A stretch of 64,000 nucleotides of DNA from an uncultured Alphaproteobacteria bacterium (GTDB lineage Bacteria > Pseudomonadota > Alphaproteobacteria > Rhizobiales > Xanthobacteraceae), in assembly GCA_963732455.1 (NCBI GenBank), contig CAVSZM010000006.1, positions 131,141-195,140 of the forward strand, read 5' to 3'. Numbering within the stretch: the stretch's first letter is position 1; each line of letters begins with the position of its first letter. This document shows positions 8,748 to 18,672 of the stretch, one piece after another. A model generated the notes under the pieces. The model did not search any database. It saw nothing but the letters and a program-made list of their open reading frames with translations, and was not told where the DNA came from. The position numbers were made by a program, and so were the translations under genes.

Positions 8748-9767
8748 CTAGAGATTATGATAGTCACGGTACCATTTCGCAAACCGCGCGATTCCATCTT
8801 CAATCGTGGTGGCAGGCCGGAACCCGATTTCGCGCGCGAGATCCTCGATATCGGCATAGGTTGCCGGCACGTCGCCTGGCTGCATCGGCAACATTTCCTT
8901 GGTGGCTGTGCGGCCGAACTCCTTCTCAAGCAATGAAACCACGTGCATCAGCTCTTCAGGATTATTATTGCCGATATTGTAAATTTTCCATGGAGCGGCG
9001 CTGGTTGCCGGATCGGGCTTTTGGTCGGACCAATTAGGGTTGCCGTGTGGCGGTCGATCGATGAGACGAACAACCGCCTCGCTGACATCGTCAACGAAGG
9101 TAAAGTCGCGACGCATTTTGCCGTGATTGAATAGTTTGATCGGCGTGCCCTCGACAATGGCCTTTGCAAAAAGGAAGATCGCCATATCCGGACGGCCCCA
9201 GGGGCCATAAACCGTAAAGAACCGAAGACCCGTGGCAGGAATGTTGTACAGGTGGCTGTAGGCATGCGCCATCAACTCGTTCGCCTTCTTCGACGCGGCG
9301 TAGAGGCTGATCGGATGATCGACGTTGTCCTGCACCGAAAACGGAAGCTTGGTGTTGACGCCATACACCGAGGAAGATGAGGCGAACAGAAGATGCCGGC
9401 AATCATTGTGCCGGCATCCCTCGAGAATATTGATGAAGCCTTCGAGATTTGCGTCGACGTAAGCGTGTGGATGATCGATCGAATGGCGCACGCCCGCCTG
9501 CGCCGCAAGATGGACCACCACCGCGAATTGATGTTTGGCAAACAGCAAGGCCATTGACCGGCGATCCGCGAGGTCGAGCTGCGCAAAACTGAACCGCGAA
9601 TTCTCACGCAGGATATTCAGTCGCGACTGCTTCAAGGCGGCGTCGTAGTAATTATTAAGGTTGTCCAGACCGACAACATGACGGCCCTCGGCCAACAACT
9701 GGCGGGCGACGTGAAAACCAATAAAGCCCGCCGAACCTGTGACCAAAATTGCCTTATCCGACATCAT
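8748..9767 (-). CDS. NAD-dependent epimerase, UDP-glucuronate 4-epimerase type
   Basis: TGSAGFIG, HLAAQAGVR, YAASKK, RFFTVYGPWGRPDMA, MQPGDV. Confidence 0.9.
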   Translation of the reverse strand: MMSDKAILVTGSAGFIGFHVARQLLAEGRHVVGLDNLNNYYDAALKQSRLNILRENSRFSFAQLDLADRRSMALLFAKHQFAVVVHLAAQAGVRHSIDHPHAYVDANLEGFINILEGCRHNDCRHLLFASSSSVYGVNTKLPFSVQDNVDHPISLYAASKKANELMAHAYSHLYNIPATGLRFFTVYGPWGRPDMAIFLFAKAIVEGTPIKLFNHGKMRRDFTFVDDVSEAVVRLIDRPPHGNPNWSDQKPDPATSAAPWKIYNIGNNNPEELMHVVSLLEKEFGRTATKEMLPMQPGDVPATYADIEDLAREIGFRPATTIEDGIARFAKWYRDYHNL

Positions 9768-9963
9768 ATCCTCAATGGCATCGTTTCGGCTCCGCTGCGC
9801 CAGTCGGAACCTCTTTACCCGCCGCAGTGAGGGGGTCGCAATACCCAGTTGTGCGGCTATTGCCAGATCGGCATTAAAACCATACCAAGGCGGCGGAGTT
9901 CGGCGCGCGGCGTCGAGTTGCGCTGTTTTGACATCTTTCTCAAACCTGGCAAGCGCGGGCGAG

Positions 9964-10923
9964 ATGCGCCGGATCCTGCTTTCGACGATAAAAATACTGG
10001 TCTCTGCAGCGCTGCTTTATCTCGCGCTCCGCAAGGTCAATCTCTCCGAGCTTGGGTCACGCATCGATGTTGCGAGCCTGGGCTGGATCGGCATGGCGAT
10101 CGCCGTGACATTCCTTCAGATCTTTGTCGGCGTCTTGCGATGGCGCGAAATCAGCGCGGAGTGCGGGGCGCCACTAGCGACAAAACAAGCGATGCGCTTT
10201 AATTTGATCGGGACGTTCTTCAACCAGACGCTGCCATCCTCGATCGGCGGCGACGCCGTGCGGCTCTGGCTCGTCGCGCGCAGCGGCGCCGGATGGCGAG
10301 CGGCGACCTACTCCATCTTTGTCGACCGCGCCATCGGCCTGATTGCGCTTGCGGTCATCATCGTCGCCAGCCTGCCGTGGAGCTACAGCCTTATCCGCGA
10401 TTCCCACGGCCGGTCGGCGCTGTTGTTCGTCGATTTCGCTGCCCTGGCGGGTGGAATGGGATTTCTCGTTCTCGGCAGGTTACCGTGGCCCTGGCTGAAG
10501 CGCTGGTGGGGGACGCATCATCTTTACGCCTGTTCGGTGATCGCGAACCGCGTCATTTTCAGTCGCGAGCGCGGACCAAAAGTTGTGGTGCTGTCGCTGC
10601 TTGTTCACGTTCTCGCTGTGGTCATCGCCTGGTGTGTGGTGCAATCGATCGCGGCACCGGTGGTGTTTAGTCAGATTTTTCAACTCGTTCCACCTGTCAT
10701 GCTGATCACGATGCTGCCGATATCGATTGCCGGCTGGGGGGTGCGCGAAGCCACCATGGGACTGGCCTTCGGATATGCCGGGCTCGCGGCGAATGAAGGC
10801 GTGAACATTTCGCTGCTGTTTGGCGCCGTGTCCTTCATCGTCGGCGCCTTCGGCGGGCTGGTCTGGGTTTTCAGCGCCGAAAAAGCTGCTCAGGGTACGG
10901 CACCGATCGAGGTTCCCGAGTAA
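9964..10923 (+). CDS. Flippase-like / lysylphosphatidylglycerol synthase TM-domain membrane protein (UPF0104)
   Basis: Multi-TM protein with FFNQTLPSSIGGDAVR and PISIAGWGVRE motifs. Confidence 0.8.
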   Translation: MRRILLSTIKILVSAALLYLALRKVNLSELGSRIDVASLGWIGMAIAVTFLQIFVGVLRWREISAECGAPLATKQAMRFNLIGTFFNQTLPSSIGGDAVRLWLVARSGAGWRAATYSIFVDRAIGLIALAVIIVASLPWSYSLIRDSHGRSALLFVDFAALAGGMGFLVLGRLPWPWLKRWWGTHHLYACSVIANRVIFSRERGPKVVVLSLLVHVLAVVIAWCVVQSIAAPVVFSQIFQLVPPVMLITMLPISIAGWGVREATMGLAFGYAGLAANEGVNISLLFGAVSFIVGAFGGLVWVFSAEKAAQGTAPIEVPE

Positions 10924-10939
10924 CGTCGCATTGGGCATA

Positions 10940-11947
10940 ATGATAATTTCCGAATTACCCCTGTCGATTTTCGCCATCGTTGCTGCAGCGGTGCTTTCGG
11001 CCGGCATGACCTGGGCAATCCGGCCGTTGCTTTTGCAGCACACCCTGGCAAAGCCCAACGCACGGTCATCCCATCGCATTCCGACTCCGCAGGGAGCCGG
11101 CATTGCAGTGATCGGCGCTACGCTGGCTATCGCAGGCATCATCGCCGCAACGGCAAATACGGTGAATATTCCGGCCGCTGTCTTCGCTGCGGTGCTGTTC
11201 ATCGCAGGTGTTGGATTCGCGGACGACGTCAAATCCATCCCGATATTGCCGCGACTGTTGCTGCAGGCGGTGGCAGTTAGCGCAATCCTCTACGCGTCAA
11301 GAGATCTTCGGATCCTTCCAGCCTGTCCGTTCTGGATCGAGCGGGGTCTGCTTTTGCTCGCGGGCCTCTGGTTTGTAAATCTAGTCAACTTCATGGATGG
11401 GCTGGATTGGATGACGGTCGCTGAAGTCGTTCCAATCACCGGCGCCATGGTGGTGCTTGGATCGCTTGGCGAGCTTTCCGCGTCAGCAACCATAGTCGCT
11501 GCGGCGCTCTTTGGCGCGATGGTCGGGTTTGCTCCCTTCAACCGTCCTGTGGCAACAATATTCCTCGGAGATGTCGGCAGCTTGCCGATCGGCTTGCTGC
11601 TTGGCTGGTGCTTATTGCAGCTAGCCTACTACCAGCAACTCACCGCCGTGCTGCTGCTGCCGCTATACTATTTATCTGATGCTACCATGACGTTAATGCG
11701 TCGACTGGCCAGACGCGAACCATTTTGGGCGGCGCATCGCTCGCATTATTATCAGCGCGCGACCGATAACGGCTTCACAGTGATCCGCGTGGTGAGCGAG
11801 GTGTTTGCACTCAATATCGGTCTTGCGGCATTGGCGATCGCGTCGACCAAAACGCAATCACCTGCAACCAATGTCGTGTTGCTAATCATCGGGAGCGCCG
11901 GCGTGGCACTGTCGATGTATCGGTTTTCGAGCCGGCGCCCGTCATAA
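10940..11947 (+). CDS. MraY/WecA-like glycosyltransferase family 4 (polyprenyl-phosphate sugar-1-P transferase)
   Basis: RSSHRIPTPQGAG, GFADD, NLVNFMDGLD, FLGDVGS, HRSHYYQR. Confidence 0.88.
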   Translation: MIISELPLSIFAIVAAAVLSAGMTWAIRPLLLQHTLAKPNARSSHRIPTPQGAGIAVIGATLAIAGIIAATANTVNIPAAVFAAVLFIAGVGFADDVKSIPILPRLLLQAVAVSAILYASRDLRILPACPFWIERGLLLLAGLWFVNLVNFMDGLDWMTVAEVVPITGAMVVLGSLGELSASATIVAAALFGAMVGFAPFNRPVATIFLGDVGSLPIGLLLGWCLLQLAYYQQLTAVLLLPLYYLSDATMTLMRRLARREPFWAAHRSHYYQRATDNGFTVIRVVSEVFALNIGLAALAIASTKTQSPATNVVLLIIGSAGVALSMYRFSSRRPS

Positions 11948-12084
11948 GGGTTTTCATGCCGATCTCCCAAGGGAACACCCAAGATTTCGTTGAGCCTCAT
12001 CCGATCCGTGACCAAATAGCAGGACCGGAGCGATTGGCCTTGCGGAAGTGGCAAGAGAGCGGTTGAAGCGAAACTGAGGCAGCG

Positions 12085-12435
12085 TCACCCTTCCGTTTCG
12101 GAAGATTTGAGTTTCGCGTGTTTCGCCAACCTTGCGCGCTTTCCACGGCGCTGTGTAACCTTAAGCTGAAATCCCATTGCAGCCAGAATATTCACAACAG
12201 TCGTAAAATTTGGAAGATGTCTGCCTCCAAAAGCCCGATAAACACTGGGCCGCTCTATTCCGGCCTGGCTCGCAATGTCGGAAATGTTATAAAGCCTGGT
12301 CGCATCGCCGATCGCGCGACAAATGGCGATGATGTCCCTCGTCGCAAATGCACGATTAAGGTAGTCCGCAATATCGAGGCGGTTTGATTGCGGTCCGATC
12401 TCTAGCTTGACAGGTTTTTCAGACATATCACTCAT
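12085..12435 (-). CDS. Putative addiction-module antidote protein (HI1420-like HTH antitoxin), no toxin adjacent
   Basis: DIADYLNRAF...AIGDA...ISDIASQAGIERPSVYRAF.....PNFTTVVNILAAMGFQL matches the HI1420-type pattern. Confidence 0.75.
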   Translation of the reverse strand: MSDMSEKPVKLEIGPQSNRLDIADYLNRAFATRDIIAICRAIGDATRLYNISDIASQAGIERPSVYRAFGGRHLPNFTTVVNILAAMGFQLKVTQRRGKRARLAKHAKLKSSETEG

Positions 12436-12436
12436 C

Positions 12437-12462
12437 AAAAAGGCCGGCATTTCTGCCGGCCT
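12437..12462 (-). terminator. Rho-independent terminator after the omp gene
   Basis: Minus strand AGGCCGGCA-GAAA-TGCCGGCCT followed by TTTT, 30 nt after the omp stop. Confidence 0.75.
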
Positions 12463-12492
12463 AATTTACTGGAGAAACGTAGTTAGACTAGA

Positions 12493-13260
12493 TCAGTAAT
12501 GAGGCACGGCCGGTCCGCCGAAGCGATAGTTGATACGCGCCGTGATCATATTGACATCTGCGCTGGCGTTCGCGGAAATGGAGGGAACATTGACCCTCCC
12601 TAAGGTTACCCCCGGCGTCAACAACGTTCTGGTATCGGTCGTCCTCCAAATATAGTCATATTCGATGCCGGCGGTCCAATTCGGCGAGAAGCCGTATTCC
12701 CAGCCAACACCGACCGTGCCACCCCAACCTGTCCGTTCTGTCGACGCAATTCCAACGCCATTAATCGTCGTGAAAAGATCATTCCGCTGTTGGGCGACCG
12801 CAGCGCCGCCCTTGAAATAAAGCAGACTTGCATTCCAGGCGTAGCCAATCTGACCCGTGAACAGACCCAATGCAGTGGTGTTGGTCTTCCAAGTAGCCAA
12901 CGGATCGAAGTTGCTGATGCGCGAGTTCCGGAGATTGGCCCAGTCGCCTTGGGCTTCCAGACCGAACACCCACTGACTGGCCTGCCAACGGTAACCGATC
13001 TGGCCACCAAAGATGCCACCCCCGGCGTTATTGCAACCTTCAGCGAAGACGTTGACGAACCCGACAGCGGTGACATCGAGGCACCGATGGCTCCAGCCAT
13101 ATCCGCCGTTCGCGCCGATATAGAAGCCGGTCCAGTCGTAGATGAGGACGGGAGCCACCATCGGAGGGGGTGCCTTGTAGGTCCGCGCCGGCAGGTCAGC
13201 GGCGACCGCGGGAGCTGCCATTGCAACGAGACCAAGTGTACCCAGCAAAAACTTCTTCAT
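12493..13260 (-). CDS. Outer-membrane beta-barrel protein, Omp25/Omp31/RopB family
   Basis: Signal peptide, AADLPARTYKAPP, YDWTGFYIGANGGYGW, C-terminal INYRFGG. Start at MKKFLL (13260). Confidence 0.9.
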   Translation of the reverse strand: MKKFLLGTLGLVAMAAPAVAADLPARTYKAPPPMVAPVLIYDWTGFYIGANGGYGWSHRCLDVTAVGFVNVFAEGCNNAGGGIFGGQIGYRWQASQWVFGLEAQGDWANLRNSRISNFDPLATWKTNTTALGLFTGQIGYAWNASLLYFKGGAAVAQQRNDLFTTINGVGIASTERTGWGGTVGVGWEYGFSPNWTAGIEYDYIWRTTDTRTLLTPGVTLGRVNVPSISANASADVNMITARINYRFGGPAVPHY

Positions 13261-13405
13261 TGTATTTCTCCAGCTTTTGTTCGCTTCACTTAGTCCCGAA
13301 GCGTTAATCCCAAGCGCGAGCGCCACGTCCATCAATTCATGACGAGAAAGTACTACGATTTATTGCTCAGTACCGTCACACAAATACAACACTCGATGTA
13401 AAACG

Positions 13406-13418
13406 TAAGTGTTTGATA
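13406..13418 (-). promoter_or_regulatory. IHF consensus site upstream of omp
   Basis: Minus strand TATCAAACACTTA is a perfect match to WATCAANNNNTTR, in an AT-rich region ~146 bp upstream of the omp start. Confidence 0.45.
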
Positions 13419-13755
13419 TTGTTTGATTTATAAGCCAGGGTCGGACCCTCACTTTTGATTGCAGGTAGATCGGGTCGCCGACACACATTATCGCCATCCC
13501 GAATGAACATAGTTTTAGGTCGCACCCGAAGCCCTAGACGGTGCAAGGCCTGTTCTCGCCGTGCATCATCTGTCGGATTTACAGCGTCAGTTGGCCCGCG
13601 ATGCCTACCGCATTGTCGCTGGCTTGATCTTGCAAGTGACGCTCTCGCCAGTGGTGGTCCGGCGGATCGGTCTGCCGTCTGGGGTCACCATCGTAAGAAT
13701 ATTGTCCGCTGTAGCGCGGTCTCGACAAACTTCCGGTAAAAGATTGCCAGCACGC

Positions 13756-15228
13756 TCAGGCCTTGCCTCCGCGCGCGCGATTGACCAGCGACGTCGTACT
13801 GAAGCCGGGCAGGATGTCGACCAGCAGCACTTCGCCACCATTGGCCTCGACGATCTCGTGGCCGACGACCTGGTCGCGGGTATAGTCTCCACCCTTCACC
13901 AGCACGCTTGGCTTGATCTGCGTAATCAACTTGATCGGCGTGTCTTCTTCAAAGATAGCGACAAGATCGACCGCCTCCAGCGCCGCCAGCACCTCCGAAC
14001 GCGCGCGCTCGTCCTGAACCGGACGCCCCTCGCCTTTCAGCCGCCTCACCGATGCGTCGCTGTTCAGGCCGACAATCAAGCGGTCGCAGGCGCCGCGCGC
14101 CGCGGTCAGGACCTTGACGTGGCCGGGATGCAGAATGTCGAAACAGCCGTTGGTGAATCCGACCCGTAGGCCCTGCTTCCGCCAATCCAGAAGATGCGCA
14201 TCGAGGTCGCCGCCTGCCGCGATGATCTTTTCTTCTGCCGCGAGAAACGCATGCGGCAGAATCTTTCGCCGCAATTCGGCTGATGTCACAATGGCGGTGC
14301 CTTTCTTGCCGACGGCGACCGCGGCCGCCGCATTCGCCATCCGCAACGCGGTTTCCCAATCGGCGCCCGCCGCAAGCGCCGCCGCAAGCATCGCGGCGAC
14401 GGTGTCGCCCGCGCCAGAAACATCGCGCACCTTCACAGGATGGGCCGGCACATGAATAACCCCGCCCTTGCGCTGCACCAGGGTCATGCCGTGCTCGCTT
14501 AGCGTCACCAGCATGGCCTCGCAGTCCGCAAGCTGCATCGCGTCCTGGGCGGCCTCCGCGATACCCTTATCCGTGTCGGCACTGCTGCGGGTCGCCTCCG
14601 CGAATTCCCTGCGATTGGGCGTGAGCAGCGTCGCGCCGCGATAAATCGCGAAATTCACGCTCTTGGGATCTACGATCACGCGCTTGCCGAGCTTGCGCGC
14701 GGCGTCGATGACGTTTCGGATCACCCGTGCCGTCAATACGCCCTTGGCATAATCGGACAGCAATACGATATCCGCACGCGGCAACAGCGGCAGAACGGCG
14801 TCGATCAGTTTCTGCTCGATGTCGGCTGTGGCCGGCGAGGCGGATTCCCAGTCTGCACGCAGCATGTGAGTCGAGAAATGCTCGGAGACGAAGCGCACCT
14901 TTCGCGTCGTCGGCCGCGCCGGATCGCAAACCAGGACGCTTTCGATCAGCTTTTCACGCGAAAGCTGAGCCCTCAGTTTAGCGCCCGCCTCATCCTCACC
15001 GATCAATCCCACGAAGATGCAGCGCGCGCCGAGGGAAGCGATGTTGCGGGCAACGTTGCCGGCGCCGCCGATATTGGTCTCGCTGCGCTGGACCGCAATG
15101 ACCGGCGCGGGCGCTTCGGGCGAAATACGCGACACCTCGCCATAGACGAATTCATCGAGCATGAGATCGCCGACACACAGAACGGTCTGGCTGACAATCG
15201 CATGCGACAGGGCGTCAAAATCGAACAT
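13756..15228 (-). CDS. hldE: Bifunctional heptose 7-phosphate kinase / heptose 1-phosphate adenylyltransferase
   Basis: [23 protein letters not shown] (PfkB kinase) and [13 protein letters not shown] (nucleotidyltransferase). Confidence 0.95.
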   Translation of the reverse strand: MFDFDALSHAIVSQTVLCVGDLMLDEFVYGEVSRISPEAPAPVIAVQRSETNIGGAGNVARNIASLGARCIFVGLIGEDEAGAKLRAQLSREKLIESVLVCDPARPTTRKVRFVSEHFSTHMLRADWESASPATADIEQKLIDAVLPLLPRADIVLLSDYAKGVLTARVIRNVIDAARKLGKRVIVDPKSVNFAIYRGATLLTPNRREFAEATRSSADTDKGIAEAAQDAMQLADCEAMLVTLSEHGMTLVQRKGGVIHVPAHPVKVRDVSGAGDTVAAMLAAALAAGADWETALRMANAAAAVAVGKKGTAIVTSAELRRKILPHAFLAAEEKIIAAGGDLDAHLLDWRKQGLRVGFTNGCFDILHPGHVKVLTAARGACDRLIVGLNSDASVRRLKGEGRPVQDERARSEVLAALEAVDLVAIFEEDTPIKLITQIKPSVLVKGGDYTRDQVVGHEIVEANGGEVLLVDILPGFSTTSLVNRARGGKA

Positions 15229-15252
15229 CTGCTCTCGTTATCTGTTGCGCCG

Positions 15253-16233
15253 TCAGCGGAATCGATCGGCCCGGTCGAGGTAGGCCTTGACGTAGGTCTC
15301 GACCGCATCTTCGAGCGCGGTGAAGCCGCCGTTGTAGCCAGCGCGCTGCAGCCGATCGACATCGCTTTGCGTGAAGTACTGGTAGCTGCCGCGGATCGGC
15401 TCGGGCATATCGACATACTGGATATTTGGAGCTGTGCCGAGCGCCGTATAGGCCGACAGCATCAGATCCTTGAAACTGCGAGCCTTGCCGGTACCGACAT
15501 TGAAGATGCCGCTGACCGTTGGCGTCGCCAGTAACCACATCACCACCCGCACCGCATCGTCAACACAGATGAAATCGCGCCGTTGATCGCCGTCGGCGAT
15601 CCCTTCGCGGTGCGATTTGAAAAGCTGCACGGGCCGACCGGCCTTGATATCGTCGAAGCGCCGCGCCAGCACGCTCATCATCGCGCCCTTGTGATATTCA
15701 TTGGGGCCGAACACGTTGAAGAATTTCAGCCCGACCCATTGCGGCGGCAGTTTTTCGTGCCGTCCGGCGCGCGCGACAACCGCCATGTCGAACAGATGCT
15801 TGCTCCAGCCATACAAATTCATCGGCCGCAGCGTCTTCAGCGCCGACATCGACTGGTCATCGCGAAATCCCTGCGCGCCGTCGCCATAGGTCGATGCCGA
15901 TGATGCGTAAATGAAGGGCGTCGCACTGGCTGTACACCAGTCGAGCAAGCGCATCGATAGCCGGAAATTGGTCTCGATCACGAGATCGCCATCGGTTGCG
16001 GTGGTTTCCGAAATAGCGCCGAGATGAACGATGGCATCCAGCCGGCGCCCCCTGAGCCAATCCGGCAGTTCGGCGGGCGGCACGAGGTCCGCAAGCTGGC
16101 GCTTGGCAAGATTGCGCCATTTGCCGTCATGGCCGAGCGCATCGCAAACGGCGACATCGGTGCGGCCCGCCTCGTTCAACGCGGCCACGACGTTCGACCC
16201 GATAAAACCGGCGCCACCGGTCACCAGCAGCAT
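15253..16233 (-). CDS. hldD: ADP-L-glycero-D-manno-heptose 6-epimerase
   Basis: VTGGAGFIGSN, HLGAISETT, YASSASTYG, PMNLYGWSK, FFNVFGPNEYHKG, YQYFTQ. Confidence 0.94.
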   Translation of the reverse strand: MLLVTGGAGFIGSNVVAALNEAGRTDVAVCDALGHDGKWRNLAKRQLADLVPPAELPDWLRGRRLDAIVHLGAISETTATDGDLVIETNFRLSMRLLDWCTASATPFIYASSASTYGDGAQGFRDDQSMSALKTLRPMNLYGWSKHLFDMAVVARAGRHEKLPPQWVGLKFFNVFGPNEYHKGAMMSVLARRFDDIKAGRPVQLFKSHREGIADGDQRRDFICVDDAVRVVMWLLATPTVSGIFNVGTGKARSFKDLMLSAYTALGTAPNIQYVDMPEPIRGSYQYFTQSDVDRLQRAGYNGGFTALEDAVETYVKAYLDRADRFR

Positions 16234-16399
16234 GCTGTTCCCTGCCTTGATTGTGCGACGCCAGCTTTGCCCCAGTCCCGCCCGGCAGGCAACTTGGGTC
16301 ATCCGTCGTAGTGAAGGCGGCAGCCCCCAGTTTGATAACTTTACCCCGCGGCAAGGAACAGTTACCGACAGGCGCCAAATAATCCGCCCACACAAAAAT

Positions 16400-17470
16400 A
16401 TGAATATAGATTCAGAACATATGATGAAGATCGAGGATACGGCCGATACCCGCCCGATTCTCATCGTCCCGTATATGTGGATCGGCGACTTCGTGCGCGG
16501 CCATACAGTCGTGCGGGTCCTGAAGCAGCGCTGGCCCAACCGGCCGATCGATTTGCTGGCGACTTCCCTGTGCGCTCCGCTGGTCGATTACATGCCTGGC
16601 GTGCGGTCTCGGGTCGTCTGCGACCTGCCGCGCGGCCGGCTTGCGGTCGCCAAGCAATGGCAGCTGGCGGCGCAACTGCGCCTGGCAAATTACGGCACCG
16701 CGCTCATCCTGCCCCGAACCTGGAAATCGGCCATTGCGCCGGCGCTCGCCGGCATTCCAGAGCGGGTGGGTTTCGTCGGCGAAGCCAGATTCGGCCTGAT
16801 CAACCGATGGCGCTGGGGCGAAAAAGCCCTGCCCCGCTTCATCGACAAGAACGCCGCGCTGGCGCTGCCGGACGGCGCCCAGCTGCCACCGGAATGGCCG
16901 GTGCCGCAGCTTCAGGTTCCCGTCGAGGAATCCGGCCGCTGGCGGCAAGCCAACCAGCTGGGTTCTGGTCCCGCCGTGGCGCTGGCCCCGGGCTCGGTCG
17001 GCGCGTCCAAGCGCTGGACCTATTACCCGGATGCTGCGCGCCTTCTGGCCGAGCATGGGCTGGATGTCTGGGTGGTCGGCGGCCCCGGCGAGAAAGCGCT
17101 GGCGGCGGAAATCGTGGCCGCAGGCGGACCTCGCGTCCGCGACCTCACGGGTACCGATCTGCGCAATGGCATTCTGGCGATGGCGGCGGCTGACGTCGCG
17201 ATATCCAACGATTCCGGGTTAATGCATATCGCCGCCGCGCTGGGGACGCCGACCATGGGCATATTCGGCCCCACCAGCCCCTATCACTGGGCGCCGCTGA
17301 ACGGTCTTGCAGCCACAATACAGACCAGGACCGTCGTGCCGTGCCAGCCCTGCCACCGCCCGGTCTGCACCATGAACGACCATCGCTGCATGCGGGACAT
17401 TTCCGCATCCGACGTCGTGGGTATCGCCGAGCGCGTGCTGGCGGAGGCCGGAGCCCGCGCTGCGCATTGA
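16400..17470 (+). CDS. waaF: LPS heptosyltransferase II (GT9)
   Basis: WIGDFV, ALAPGS....KRW, SNDSGLMHIAAALGTP..GIFGPT. Confidence 0.85.
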   Translation: MNIDSEHMMKIEDTADTRPILIVPYMWIGDFVRGHTVVRVLKQRWPNRPIDLLATSLCAPLVDYMPGVRSRVVCDLPRGRLAVAKQWQLAAQLRLANYGTALILPRTWKSAIAPALAGIPERVGFVGEARFGLINRWRWGEKALPRFIDKNAALALPDGAQLPPEWPVPQLQVPVEESGRWRQANQLGSGPAVALAPGSVGASKRWTYYPDAARLLAEHGLDVWVVGGPGEKALAAEIVAAGGPRVRDLTGTDLRNGILAMAAADVAISNDSGLMHIAAALGTPTMGIFGPTSPYHWAPLNGLAATIQTRTVVPCQPCHRPVCTMNDHRCMRDISASDVVGIAERVLAEAGARAAH

Positions 17471-17539
17471 CAGGGCGAGCTTGCGCGCCCGCGACGCGAT
17501 CATTACGAAAGATGCCAACTGCAACGCTGACGGTGTGTT

Positions 17540-18133
17540 TTGAGCCAGGATCTTATCGGAGCCCATCTTGAACAATCGCTCGCCGCTCTTGAGCGAGCGA
17601 CGCAGGATGCGACATTGCGCGCCACCGCGAACGAGATCGCGGCTGCGATCATCACAGCGCTGCGTTCAGGCAACAAACTACTCATCATCGGCAACGGCGG
17701 CAGCGCCGCCGACGCCCAGCATATCGCAGCCGAAATCGTCGGCCGCTACAAACAGGACCGGCCTGGCTGGGCCGCGATTGCGCTGACCACCGACACCTCG
17801 GCGCTAACATCGATCGCCAACGATTACGGTTTCGAACAGGTGTTCGCGCGGCAGATCGAGGGCCTTGGCCTGCGCGGCGACGTGCTGCTCGCGTTATCCA
17901 CCTCGGGGCGTTCGCCGAACATTCTGGCGGCGTTGCGCTCCGCGAGGAAACGCGGACTGGTCACCATCGGTTTCACCGGCAGCAAGGGCGAAGCACTCGG
18001 CGCGCTCTGCGACCATCTGTTGGTCGCACCGAGCGACGACACACCGGTCATCCAGCAAATTCACCTCACCATTGCCCACGGGATCTGCGACGAGATCGAG
18101 CAGACCATGATGCGCGAGGCCTCGCGAAAATGA
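17540..18133 (+). CDS. gmhA: Sedoheptulose 7-phosphate isomerase
   Basis: GNGGSAADAQHIAAE, NDYGFEQVFARQ, STSGRSPN, IQQIH. TTG start. Confidence 0.93.
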   Translation: MSQDLIGAHLEQSLAALERATQDATLRATANEIAAAIITALRSGNKLLIIGNGGSAADAQHIAAEIVGRYKQDRPGWAAIALTTDTSALTSIANDYGFEQVFARQIEGLGLRGDVLLALSTSGRSPNILAALRSARKRGLVTIGFTGSKGEALGALCDHLLVAPSDDTPVIQQIHLTIAHGICDEIEQTMMREASRK

Positions 18134-18672
18134 GCGGCATCGATTCCGCCCGCTCGGTGCCCAGGCCCGCCGCCTTCCTCGACCGCGACGGCGTCATCAA
18201 CCACGACGACGGCTACATGGGCACGCGGGAGCGGATTCGCTGGATGCCGAACGCGGCGAAGGCGATCCGTCGCCTCAACGACGCCGGATATTTTGTATTC
18301 TTCTTCACCAATCAATCCGGCGTGGCGCGTGGATTCTTCAGCGAGGACGATCTGCGCACGCTGCACGACTGGATGAGCGCCGAGCTCGCCGCTCAAGGCG
18401 CCAGAATCGACGATATCAGATATTGCCCGCATCATCCCGACGGATCGGTTGCCGGCTACCTCGAGGATCACCATTGGCGAAAGCCGAGCCCAGGCATGAT
18501 TCACGATCTGATGCAACACTGGCCGGTGCGCCACGAAGGCAGTTTTGTCATCGGCGATCGCGAGAGCGATATCGAAGCCGCGCATGCCGCGGGATTGCCG
18601 GGATTTCTCTTCGCAGGCGGCGACCTCGATGCGTTTGTGGCGAAAGCGATCGCTCAGACAAGCGTCCGGTAG
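18130..18672 (+). CDS. gmhB: D,D-heptose 1,7-bisphosphate phosphatase (HAD)
   Basis: FLDRDGVIN, TNQSG, CPHHP, RKPSPGM, IGDRESD. Confidence 0.92.
   Translation: MSGIDSARSVPRPAAFLDRDGVINHDDGYMGTRERIRWMPNAAKAIRRLNDAGYFVFFFTNQSGVARGFFSEDDLRTLHDWMSAELAAQGARIDDIRYCPHHPDGSVAGYLEDHHWRKPSPGMIHDLMQHWPVRHEGSFVIGDRESDIEAAHAAGLPGFLFAGGDLDAFVAKAIAQTSVR

Noticed and set aside
9880-9905. ops/JUMPstart element (GGCGGCGGAG) between the divergent polysaccharide genes
   Set aside because: It does not match GGCGGTAG, and GGCGG is common at this GC content.
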